Assembly: GCA_964016885.1 (NCBI GenBank)
Contig: CAXHJY010000096.1
Span: 496,001-560,000 of the forward strand
DNA: 64,000 nucleotides
Source: Eledone cirrhosa
Taxonomy: Eukaryota
Reading direction: 5' to 3'
Positions within the stretch are counted from its first letter, which is position 1. The number at the start of each line of letters is the position of its first letter. This document shows, piece by piece, positions 1 to 11,240 of the stretch. Made by a program: the position numbers and the translations under genes. The notes below the pieces were generated by a model. That model made no database searches. It was not told where the DNA came from and saw only the letters and a list, made by a program, of their open reading frames with translations.

Positions 1-160
1 AAAAAATCAGAGGGAGATAATTTGTAAAAAAAAATCAGGGGGAGATAATTTGTAAAAAAAATCAGGGGTAGATAATTTGTAAAAAAAATCAGGGGGAGAT
101 AATTTGTAAAAAAAAATCAGGGGGAGATAATTTGTAAAAAAAATCAAGGGGAGATAATTT

Positions 161-296
161 CCAGCCGTCCAAGGGAAGATAATTTCCAGCCGTCCAAGGG
201 AAGATAATTTCCAGCCCTCCAAGGGGCTATAATTTCCAGCGTCCAAGGGGAGATAATTTCCAGCCAGCGAAGGGGAGATAATTTTTTTTTTAAAAA
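161..296 (+). repeat. Example of B-block family R (4-5 monomers: GGGAAG x1-2, CCCTCCAAGGGGCTATAA, 24-bp CCAGCGTCC, CCAGCCAGCGAAGG, then TnAm junction); many copies through the window
   Basis: The same ordered series of diagnostic variants recurs at ~1802, 2894, 3442, 5891, 9430, 9721 and onward to ~63807. Confidence 0.95.
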
Positions 297-367
297 TCAT
301 GCGGGGATAATTTGTAAAAAAAATCAGGGGGAGATAATTTGTAAAAAAAATCAAGGGGAGATAATTT

Positions 368-476
368 CCAGCCGTCCAAAGAGAGATAATTTCTAGCCGT
401 CCAAGGGGAGATAATTTCCAGCCGTCCAAGGGGAGATAATTTCCCGCCAGCCAAAGGAAGATAATTTTTTAAAAAA
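368..476 (+). repeat. Example of B-block family S (CCAAAGAGAG, CTAGCC, CCAGCC, CCCGCCAGCC; preceded by CATGCGGGG monomer, followed by truncated CAGGCGGAGATTGT monomer)
   Basis: Recurs at ~3076, 3887, 7968, 17558, 18401, 26009, 26585, 32143, 32719, 37158, 42052, 46106, 46682, 51067, 55960, 60015 and 60591. Confidence 0.92.
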
Positions 477-706
477 TCAGGCGGAGATTGTAAAAAAAAT
501 CAGGGGGAGATAATTTGTAAAAAAAATCAGGGGGAGATAATTTGTAAAAAAAATCAGGGGGAGATAATTTGTAAAAAAAATCAGGGGGAGATAATTTGTA
601 AAAAAAAATCAGGGGGAGATAATTTGTAAAAAAAATCAGGGGGAGATAATTTGTAAAAAAAATCAGGGGGAGATAATTTGTAAAAAAAATCAAGGGGAGA
701 TAATTT

Positions 707-842
707 GCAGCCGTCCAAGGGGAGATAATTTTCAGCCGTCCAAGGAGAGGTAATTTCTAGCCGTCCAAGGGGAGATAATTTCCAGCCGTCCAAGGGGAGA
801 TAATTTCCAGCCGTTCAAGGGGAGATAATTTTTTTAAAAAAA
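707..842 (+). repeat. Example of B-block family Q (GCAGCC, TCAGCC..GGAGAG(G/A)TAA, CTAGCC, CCAGCC x2, then TnAm junction and CA(G/A)GCGG monomer)
   Basis: Recurs at ~1593, 2628, 4226, 5626, 6486, 7520, 9164 and onward. There are two sub-lineages: GAGGTAA + CAGGCGG versus GAGATAA + CAAGCGG. Confidence 0.95.
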
Positions 843-999
843 TCAGGCGGAGATAATTTGTAAAAAAAAAATCAGGGGGAGATAATTTGTAAAAAAAAAT
901 CAGTGGGAGATAATTTGTAAAAAAAAATCAGGGGGAGATAATTTGTAAAAAAAAATCAGGGGGAGATAATTTGTAAAAAAAATCAAGGGGAGATTATTT

Positions 1000-1133
1000 C
1001 CAGCCGTGCAAGGGGAGATAATTTCCAGCCGTCCAAGGGGAGATAATTTACATCCTTCCAAGGGGAGATAATTTCCAGCCGTCCAAGGGGAGATAATTTC
1101 CCGCCAGCCAAGGGAAGATAATTTTTAAAAAAA
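1000..1133 (+). repeat. Example of B-block family P (CCGTGCAAGG, CCAGCC, ACATCCTTCC, CCAGCC, CCCGCCAGCCAAGGGAAG, T5A7 junction)
   Basis: Recurs at ~2065, 5199, 6958, 8600, 9984, 11368 and onward. A 4-monomer derivative starting CAAGCCGTGC occurs at ~20837, 35184, 49093 and 63056. Confidence 0.95.
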
Positions 1134-1139
1134 TCAGGG

Positions 1140-4100
1140 GGAGATAATTTGTAAAAAAAAAATCAGGGGGAGATAATTTGTAAAAAAAAATCAAGGGGAG
1201 ATAATTTGTAAAAAAAATCAGGGGGAGATAATTTGTAAAAAAAATCAGGGGGAGATAATTTGTAAAAAAATCAGGGGGAGATAATTTGTAAAAAAAAAAT
1301 CAGGGGGAGATAATTTGTAAAAAAAAATCAAGGGGAGATAATTTGTAAAAAAAAATCAGGGGGAGATAATTTGTAAAAAAAATCAGGGGGAGATAATTTG
1401 TAAAAAAAATCAGGGGGAGATAATTTGTAAAAAAAAAATCAGGGGGAGATAATTTGTAAAAAAAAATCAGGGGGAGATAATTTGTAAAAAAAATCAGGGG
1501 GAGATAATTTGTAAAAAAAATCAGGGGGAGATAATTTGTAAAAAAAAATCAGGGGGAGATAATTTGTAAAAAAAATCAAGGGGAGATAATTTGCAGCCGT
1601 CCAAGGGGAGATAATTTTCAGCCGTCCAAGGAGAGATAATTTCTAGCCGTCCAAGGGGAGATAATTTCCAGCCGTCCAAGGGGAGATAATTTCCAGCCGT
1701 CCAAGGGGAGATAATTTTTTTTAAAAAATCAAGCGGAGATAATTTGTAAAAAAAAAATCAGGGGGAGATAATTTGTAAAAAAAATCAAGGGGAGATAATT
1801 TCCAGCCGTCCAAGGGAAGATAATTTCCAGCCGTCCAAGGGAAGATAATTTCCAGCCCTCCAAGGGGCTATAATTTCCAGCGTCCAAGGGGAGATAATTT
1901 CCAGCCAGCGAAGGGGAGATAATTTTTTTTTTTTAAATCAGGGGGAGATAATTTGTAAAAAAAATCAGGGGGAGATAATTTGTAAAAAAAAATCAGGGGG
2001 AGATAATTTGTAAAAAAAAATCAGGGGGAGATAATTTGTAAAAAAAATCAAGGGGAGATAATTTCCAGCCGTGCAAGGGGAGATAATTTCCAGCCGTCCA
2101 AGGGGAGATAATTTACATCCTTCCAAGGGGAGATAATTTCCAGCCGTCCAAGGGGAGATAATTTCCCGCCAGCCAAGGGAAGAAAATTTTTTAAAAAATC
2201 AGGGGGAGATAATTTGTAAAAAAAAAATCAGGGGGAGATAATTTGTAAAAAAAAATCAAGGGGAGATAATTTGTAAAAAAAATCAGGGGGAGATAATTTG
2301 TAAAAAAAATCAGGGGGAGATAATTTGTAAAAAAATCAGGGAGAGATAATTTGTAAAAAAAAAATCAGGGGGAGATAATTTGTAAAAAAAAATCAAGGGG
2401 AGATAATTTGTAAAAAAAAATCAGGGGGAGATAATTTGTAAAAAAAATCAGGGGGAGATAATTTGTAAAAAAATCAGGGGGAGATAATTTGTAAAAAAAA
2501 ATCAGGGGGAGATAATTTGTAAAAAAAAATCAGGGGGAGATAATTTGTAAAAAAAATCAGGGGGAGATAATTTGTAAAAAAAATCAGGGGGAGATAATTT
2601 GTAAAAAAAATCAAGGGGAGATAATTTGCAGCCGTCCAAGGGGAGATAATTTTCAGCCGTCCAAGGAGAGGTAATTTCTAGCCGTCCAAGGGGAGATAAT
2701 TTCCAGCCGTCCAAGGGGAGATAATTTCCAGCCGTCCAAGGGGAGATAATTTTTTTTAAAAAATCAGGCGGAGATAATTTGTAAAAAAAAAAATCAGGGG
2801 GAGATAATTTGTAAAAAAAAATCAGGGGGAGATAATTTGTAAAAAAAAATCAGGGGGAGATAATTTGTAAAAAAAATCAAGGGGAGATAATTTCCAGCCG
2901 TCCAAGGGAAGATAATTTCCAGCCCTCCAAGGGGCTATAATTTCCAGCGTCCAAGGGGAGATAATTTCCAGCCAGCGAAGGGGAGATAATTTTTTTTTAA
3001 AAAATCATGCGGGGATAATTTGTAAAAAAAATCAGGGGGAGATAATTTGTAAAAAAAATCAAGGGGAGATAATTTCCAGCCGTCCAAAGAGAGATAATTT
3101 CTAGCCGTCCAAGGGGAGATAATTTCCAGCCGTCCAAGGGGAGATAATTTCCCGCCAGCCAAGGGAAGATAATTTTTTAAAAAATCAGGCGGAGATTGTA
3201 AAAAAAATCAGGGGGAGATAATTTGTAAAAAAATCGGGGAGATAATTTGTAAAAAAAAATCAGGGGGAGATAATTTGTAAAAAAAAATCAGAGGGAGATA
3301 ATTTGTAAAAAAAAATCAGGGGGAGATAATTTGTAAAAAAAATCAGGGGTAGATAATTTGTAAAAAAAATCAGGGGGAGATAATTTGTAAAAAAAAATCA
3401 GGGGGAGATAATTTGTAAAAAAAATCAAGGGGAGATAATTTCCAGCCGTCCAAGGGAAGATAATTTCCAGCCGTCCAAGGGAAGATAATTTCCAGCCCTC
3501 CAAGGGGCTATAATTTCCAGCGTCCAAGGGGAGATAATTTCCAGCCAGCGAAGGGGAGATAATTTTTTTTTTAAAAATCAGGGGGAGATAATTTGTAAAA
3601 AAAATCAGGGGGAGATAATTTGTAAAAAAAAATCAGGGGGAGATAATTTGTAAAAAAAAATCAGGGGGAGATAATTTGTAAAAAAAATTAAGGGGAGATA
3701 ATTTTCAGCCGTCCAAGGGAAGATAATTTCCAGCCCTCCAAGGGGCTATAATTTCCAGCGTCCAAGGGGAGATAATTTCCAGCCAGCGAAGGGGAGATAA
3801 TTTTTTTTTTTAAAATCATGCGGGGATAATTTGTAAAAAAAATCAGGGGGAGATAATTTGTAAAAAAAATCAAGGGGAGATAATTTCCAGCCGTCTAAAG
3901 AGAGATAATTTCTAGCCGTCCAAGGGGAGATAATTTCCAGCCGTCCAAGGGGAGATAATTTCCCGCCAGCCAAAGGAAGATAATTTTTTAAAAAATCAGG
4001 CGGAGATTGTAAAAAAAATCAGGGGGAGATAATTTGTAAAAAAAATCAGGGGGAGATAATTTGTAAAAAAAATCAGGGGGAGATAATTTGTAAAAAAAAT

Positions 4101-7100
4101 CAGGGGGAGATAATTTGTAAAAAAAAATCAGGGGGAGATAATTTGTAAAAAAAATCAGGGGGAGATAATTTGTAAAAAAAATCAGGGGGAGATAATTTGT
4201 AAAAAAAATCAAGGGGAGATAATTTGCAGCCGTCCAAGGGGAGATAATTTTCAGCCGTCCAAGGAGAGGTAATTTCTAGCCGTCCAAGGCGAGATAATTT
4301 CCAGCCGTCCAAGGGGAGATAATTTCCAGCCGTCCAAGGGGAGATAATTTTTTTAAAAAAATCAGGCGGAGATAATTTGTAAAAAAAAAATCAGGGGGAG
4401 ATAATTTGTAAAAAAAAATCAGTGGGAGATAATTTGTAAAAAAAAATCAGGGGGAGATAATTTGTAAAAAAAATCAAGGGGAGATAATTTCCAGCCGTCC
4501 AAGGGAAGATAATTTCCAGCCCTCCAAGGGGCTATAATTTCCAGCGTCCAAGGGGAGATAATTTCCAGCCAGCGAAGGGGAGATAATTTTTTTTTAAAAA
4601 ATCATGGGGGGATAATTTGTAAAAAAAAATCAGGGGGAGATAATTTGTAAAAAAAAATCAGGGGAGATAATTTGTAAAAAAAATCAGGGGGAGATAATTT
4701 GTAAAAAAAAATCAGGGGAAGATAATTTGTAAAAAAAATCAAGCGGAGATAATTTGCAGCCGTCCAAGGGGAGATAATTTCCCGCCAGCCAAGGAGAGAT
4801 AATATTTAAAAAAATCAGGCGGAGATAATTTGTAAAAAAAATCAGGGGGAGATAATTTGTAAAAAAAATCAGGGGGAGATAATTTCCAGCCGTCCAAGGG
4901 GAGATAATTTTCAGCCGTCCAAGGAGAGGTAATTTCTAGCCGTCCAAGGGGAGATAATTTCCAGCCGTCCAAGGGAAGATAATTTCCAGCCCTCCAAGGG
5001 GCTATAATTTCCAGCGTCCAAGGGGAGATAATTTCCAGCCAGCGAAGGGGAGATAATTTTTTTTTTAAAAATCAGGGGGAGATAATTTGTAAAAAAAATC
5101 AGGGGGAGATAATTTGTAAAAAAAAATCAGGGGGAGATAATTTGTAAAAAAAAATCAGGGGGAGATAATTTGTAAAAAAAATCAAGGGGAGATAATTTCC
5201 AGCCGTGCAAGGGGAGATAATTTCCAGCCGTCCAAGGGGAGATAATTTACATCCTTCCAAGGGGAGATAATTTCCAGCCGTCCAAGGGGAGATAATTTCC
5301 CGCCAGCCAAGGGAAGATAATTTTTAAAAAAATCAGGGGGAGATAATTTGTAAAAAAAAAATCAGGGGGAGATAATTTGTAAAAAAAAATCAAGGGGAGA
5401 TAATTTGTAAAAAAAATCAGGGGGAGATAATTTGTAAAAAAAATCAGGGGGAGATAATTTGTAAAAAAATCAGGGGGAGATAATTTGTAAAAAAAAATCA
5501 GGGGGAGATAATTTGTAAAAAAAAATCAAGGGGAGATAATTTGTAAAAAAAAATCAGGGGGAGATAATTTGTAAAAAAAAATCAGGGGGAGATAATTTGT
5601 AAAAAAAATCAAGGGGAGATAATTTGCAGCCGTCGAAGGGGAGATAATTTTCAGCCGTCCAAGGAGAGATAATTTCTAGCCGTCCAAGGGGAGATAATTT
5701 CCAGCCGTCCAAGGGGAGATAATTTCCAGCCGTCCAAGGGGAGATAATTTTTTTTAAAAAATCAAGCGGAGATAATTTGTAAAAAAAAAATCAGGGGGAG
5801 ATAATTTGTAAAAAAAAATCAGGGGGAGATAATTTGTAAAAAAAAATCAGGGGGAGATAATTTGTAAAAAAAATCAAGGGGAGATAATTTCCAGCCGTCC
5901 AAGGGAAGATAATTTCCAGCCGTCCAAGGGAAGATAATTTCCAGCCCTCCAAGGGGCTATAATTTCCAGCGTCCAAGGGGAGATAATTTCCAGCCAGCGA
6001 AGGGGAGATAATTTTTTTTTATAAAATCAGGGGGAGATAATTTGTAAAAAAAAAATCAGGGGGAGATAATTTGTAAAAAAAAATCAAGGGGAGATAATTT
6101 GTAAAAAAAATCAGGGGGAGATAATTTGTAAAAAAAATCAGGGGGAGATAATTTGTAAAAAAATCAGGGGGAGATAATTTGTAAAAAAAAAATCAGGGGG
6201 AGATAATTTGTAAAAAAAAATCAAGGGGAGATAATTTGTAAAAAAAAATCAGGGGGAGATAATTTGTAAAAAAAATCAGGGGGAGATAATTTGTAAAAAA
6301 AATCAGGGGGAGATAATTTGTAAAAAAAAAATCAGGGGGAGATAATTTGTAAAAAAAAATCAGGGGGAGATAATTTGTAAAAAAAATCAGGGGGAGATAA
6401 TTTGTAAAAAAAATCAGGGGGAGATAATTTGTAAAAAAAAATCAGGGGGAGATAATTTGTAAAAAAAATCAAGGGGAGATAATTTGCAGCCGTCCAAGGG
6501 GAGATAATTTTCAGCCGTCCAAGGAGAGATAATTTCTAGCCGTCCAAGGGGAGATAATTTCCAGCCGTCCAAGGCGAGATAATTTCCAGCCGTCCAAGGG
6601 GAGATAATTTTTTTTAAAAAATCAAGCGGAGATAATTTGTAAAAAAAAAATCAGGGGGAGATAATTTGTAAAAAAAATCAAGGGGAGATAATTTCCAGCC
6701 GTCCAAGGGAAGATAATTTCCAGCCGTCCAAGGGAAGATAATTTCCAGCCCTCCAAGGGGCTATAATTTCCAGCGTCCAAGGGGAGATAATTTCCAGCCA
6801 GCGAAGGGGAGATAATTTTTTTTTTTTAAATCAGGGGGAGATAATTTGTAAAAAAAATCAGGGGGAGATAATTTGTAAAAAAAAATCAGGGGGAGATAAT
6901 TTGTAAAAAAAAATCAGGGGGAGATAATTTGTAAAAAAAATCAAGGGGAGATAATTTCCAGCCGTGCAAGGGGAGATAATTTCCAGCCGTCCAAGGGGAG
7001 ATAATTTACATCCTTCCAAGGGGAGATAATTTCCAGCCGTCCAAGGGGAGATAATTTCCCGCCAGCCAAGGGAAGAAAATTTTTAAAAAAATCAGGGGGA

Positions 7101-8460
7101 GATAATTTGTAAAAAAAAAATCAGGGGGAGATAATTTGTAAAAAAAAATCAAGGGGAGATAATTTGTAAAAAAAATCAGGGGGAGATAATTTGTAAAAAA
7201 AATCAGGGGGAGATAATTTGTAAAAAAATCAGGGGGAGATAATTTGTAAAAAAAAAATCAGGGGGAGATAATTTGTAAAAAAAAATCAAGGGGAGATAAT
7301 TTGTAAAAAAAAATCAGGGGGAGATAATTTGTAAAAAAAATCAGGGGGAGATAATTTGTAAAAAAATCAGGGGGAGATAATTTGTAAAAAAAATCAGGGG
7401 GAGATAATTTGTAAAAAAAAATCAGGGGGAGATAATTTGTAAAAAAAATCAGGGGGAGATAATTTGTAAAAAAAATCAGGGGGAGATAATTTGTAAAAAA
7501 AATCAAGGGGAGATAATTTGCAGCCGTCCAAGGGGAGATAATTTTCAGCCGTCCAAGGAGAGGTAATTTCTAGCCGTCCAAGGGGAGATAATTTCCAGCC
7601 GTCCAAGGGGAGATAATTTCCAGCCGTCCAAGGGGAGATAATTTTTTTTTAAAAATCAGGCGGAGATAATTTGTAAAAAAAAAAATCAGGGGGAGATAAT
7701 TTGTAAAAAAAAATCAGGGGGAGATAATTTGTAAAAAAAAATCAGGGGGAGATAATTTGTAAAAAAAATCAAGGGGAGATAATTTCCAGCCGTCCAAGGG
7801 AAGATAATTTCCAGCCCTCCAAGGGGCTATAATTTCCAGCGTCCAAGGGGAGATAATTTCCAGCCAGCGAAGGGGAGATAATTTTTTTTAAAAAAATCAT
7901 GCGGGGATAATTTGTAAAAAAAATCAGGGGGAGATAATTTGTAAAAAAAATCAAGGGGAGATAATTTCCAGCCGTCCAAAGAGAGATAATTTCTAGCCGT
8001 CCAAGGGGAGATAATTTCCAGCCGTCCAAGGGGAGATAATTTCCCGCCAGCCAAGGGAAGATAATTTTTTAAAAAATCAGGCGGAGATTGTAAAAAAAAT
8101 CAGGGGGAGATAATTTGTAAAAAAATCAGGGGGAGATAATTTGTAAAAAAAAAATCAGGGGGAGATAATTTGTAAAAAAAAATCAGAGGGAGATAATTTG
8201 TAAAAAAAAATCAGGGGGAGATAATTTGTAAAAAAAATCAGGGGTAGATAATTTGTAAAAAAAATCAGGGGGAGATAATTTGTAAAAAAAAATCAGGGGG
8301 AGATAATTTGTAAAAAAAATCAAGGGGAGATAATTTCCAGCCGTCCAAGGGAAGATAATTTCCAGCCGTCCAAGGGAAGATAATTTCCAGCCCTCCAAGG
8401 GGCTATAATTTCCAGCGTCCAAGGGGAGATAATTTCCAGCCAGCGAAGGGGAGATAATTT
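1140..8460 (+). repeat. Direct repeat pair offset ~4892-4895 bp (about 1.14-3.57 kb vs 6.03-8.46 kb)
   Basis: ORF-track coordinates 2502/7394 and 2935/7827 (+4892) and 3288/8183 (+4895). Both copies share the rare variant GGAAGAAAATTT at ~2180 and ~7072. Edges are approximate. Confidence 0.8.
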
Positions 8461-11240
8461 TTTTTTTAAAAATCAGGGGTAGATAATTTGTAAAAAAAAT
8501 CAGGGGGAGATAATTTGTAAAAAAAAATCAGGGGGAGATAATTTGTAAAAAAAAATCAGGGGGAGATAATTTGTAAAAAAAATCAAGGGGAGATAATTTC
8601 CAGCCGTGCAAGGGGAGATAATTTCCAGCCGTCCAAGGGGAGATAATTTACATCCTTCCAAGGGGAGATAATTTCCAGCCGTCCAAGGGGAGATAATTTC
8701 CCGCCAGCCAAGGGAAGATAATTTTTAAAAAAATCAGGGGGAGATAATTTGTAAAAAAAAAATCAGGGGGAGATAATTTGTAAAAAAAAATCAAGGGGAG
8801 ATAATTTGTAAAAAAAATCAGGGGGAGATAATTTGTAAAAAAAATCAGGGGGAGATAATTTGTAAAAAAATCAGGGGGAGATAATTTGTAAAAAAAAAAT
8901 CAGGGGGAGATAATTTGTAAAAAAAAATCAAGGGGAGATAATTTGTAAAAAAAAATCAGGGGGAGATAATTTGTAAAAAAAATCAGGGGGAGATAATTTG
9001 TAAAAAAAATCAGGGGGAGATAATTTGTAAAAAAAAATCAGGGGGAGATAATTTGTAAAAAAAAATCAGGGGGAGATAATTTGTAAAAAAAATCAGGGGG
9101 AGATAATTTGTAAAAAAAATCAGGGGGAGATAATTTGTAAAAAAAATCAAGGGGAGATAATTTGCAGCCGTCCAAGGGGAGATAATTTTCAGCCGTCCAA
9201 GGAGAGGTAATTTCTAGCCGTCCAAGGGGAGATAATTTCCAGCCGTCCAAGGGGAGATAATTTCCAGCCGTCCAAGGGGAGATAATTTTTTTTTAAAAAT
9301 CAGGCGGAGATAATTTGTAAAAAAAAAAATCAGGGGGAGATAATTTGTAAAAAAAAATCAGGGGGAGATAATTTGTAAAAAAAAATCAGGGGGAGATAAT
9401 TTGTAAAAAAAATCAAGGGGAGATAATTTCCAGCCGTCCAAGGGAAGATAATTTCCAGCCGTCCAAGGGAAGATAATTTCCAGCCCTCCAAGGGGCTATA
9501 ATTTCCAGCGTCCAAGGGGAGATAATTTCCAGCCAGCGAAGGGGAGATAATTTTTTTTTTAAAAATCAGGGGGAGATAATTTGTAAAAAAAATCAGGGGG
9601 AGATAATTTGTAAAAAAAAATCAGGGGGAGATAATTTGTAAAAAAAAATCAGGGGGAGATAATTTGTAAAAAAAAATCAGGGGGAGATAATTTGTAAAAA
9701 AAATCAAGGGGAGATAATTTCCAGCCGTCCAAGGGAAGATAATTTCCAGCCGTCCAAGGGAAGATAATTTCCAGCCCTCCAAGGGGCTATAATTTCCAGC
9801 GTCCAAGGGGAGATAATTTCCAGCCAGCGAAGGGGAGATAATTTTTTTTTTAAAAATCAGGGGTAGATAATTTGTAAAAAAAATCAGGGGGAGATAATTT
9901 GTAAAAAAAAATCAGGGGGAGATAATTTGTAAAAAAAAATCAGGGGGAGATAATTTGTAAAAAAAATCAAGGGGAGATAATTTCCAGCCGTGCAAGGGGA
10001 GATAATTTCCAGCCGTCCAAGGGGAGATAATTTACATCCTTCCAAGGGGAGATAATTTCCAGCCGTCCAAGGGGAGATAATTTCCCGCCAGCCAAGGGAA
10101 GATAATTTTTAAAAAAATCAGGGGGAGATAATTTGTAAAAAAAAAATCAGGGGGAGATAATTTGTAAAAAAAAATCAAGGGGAGATAATTTGTAAAAAAA
10201 ATCAGGGGGAGATAATTTGTAAAAAAAATCAGGGGGAGATAATTTGTAAAAAAATCAGGGGGAGATAATTTGTAAAAAAAAAATCAGGGGGAGATAATTT
10301 GTAAAAAAAAATCAAGGGGAGATAATTTGTAAAAAAAAATCAGGGGGAGATAATTTGTAAAAAAAATCAGGGGGAGATAATTTGTAAAAAAAATCAGGGG
10401 GAGATAATTTGTAAAAAAAAATCAGGGGGAGATAATTTGTAAAAAAAAATCAGGGGGAGATAATTTGTAAAAAAAATCAGGGGGAGATAATTTGTAAAAA
10501 AAATCAGGGGGAGATAATTTGTAAAAAAAATCAAGGGGAGATAATTTGCAGCCGTCCAAGGGGAGATAATTTTCAGCCGTCCAAGGAGAGGTAATTTCTA
10601 GCCGTCCAAGGGGAGATAATTTCCAGCCGTCCAAGGGGAGATAATTTCCAGCCGTCCAAGGGGAGATAATTTTTTTTTAAAAATCAGGCGGAGATAATTT
10701 GTAAAAAAAAAAATCAGGGGGAGATAATTTGTAAAAAAAAATCAGGGGGAGATAATTTGTAAAAAAAAATCAGGGGGAGATAATTTGTAAAAAAAATCAA
10801 GGGGAGATAATTTCCAGCCGTCCAAGGGAAGATTATTTCCAGCCGTCCAAGGGAAGATAATTTCCAGCCCTCCAAGGGGCTATAATTTCCAGCGTCCAAG
10901 GGGAGATAATTTCCAGCCAGCGAAGGGGAGATAATTTTTTTTTTAAAAATCAGGGGGAGATAATTTGTAAAAAAAATCAGGGGGAGATAATTTGTAAAAA
11001 AAAATCAGGGGGAGATAATTTGTAAAAAAAAATCAGGGGGAGATAATTTGTAAAAAAAAATCAGGGGGAGATAATTTGTAAAAAAAATCAAGGGGAGATA
11101 ATTTCCAGCCGTCCAAGGGAAGATAATTTCCAGCCGTCCAAGGGAAGATAATTTCCAGCCCTCCAAGGGGCTATAATTTCCAGCGTCCAAGGGGAGATAA
11201 TTTCCAGCCAGCGAAGGGGAGATAATTTTTTTTTTAAAAA
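8260..11240 (+). repeat. 1384-bp tandem HOR, ~2 copies (block order R-P-Q-R), containing a 291-bp tandem duplication of R plus its A-run
   Basis: Offsets 9038/10422, 9330/10714 and 9621/11005 are all 1384. The GGGGTAG variant is at 8480 and 9864. The offset 9330/9621 is 291. Confidence 0.88.

Noticed and set aside
161-210. NR5A/FTZ-F1 (YCAAGGYCA), EBF (TCCCNNGGGA) or NF-kB (GGGRNNYYCC) sites and a CENP-B box in B monomers
   Set aside because: Only partial matches (CCAAGG, TCCAAGGGA, GG..TTTCC with wrong spacing). No TTCG....A..CGGG CENP-B box is present.
161-296. Rho-independent terminators or poly(A) retroposon tails at the T-runs and A-tracts
   Set aside because: There is no strong GC stem before the T runs, no upstream gene and no target-site duplications. 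The tracts are integral parts of the monomers.
3228-3262. Singleton monomer ATCGGGGAG (2-bp deletion) and an adjacent shorter A-tract
   Set aside because: Seen once and absent from the paralogous positions (~8125, ~42210), so it cannot be distinguished from a local consensus error.
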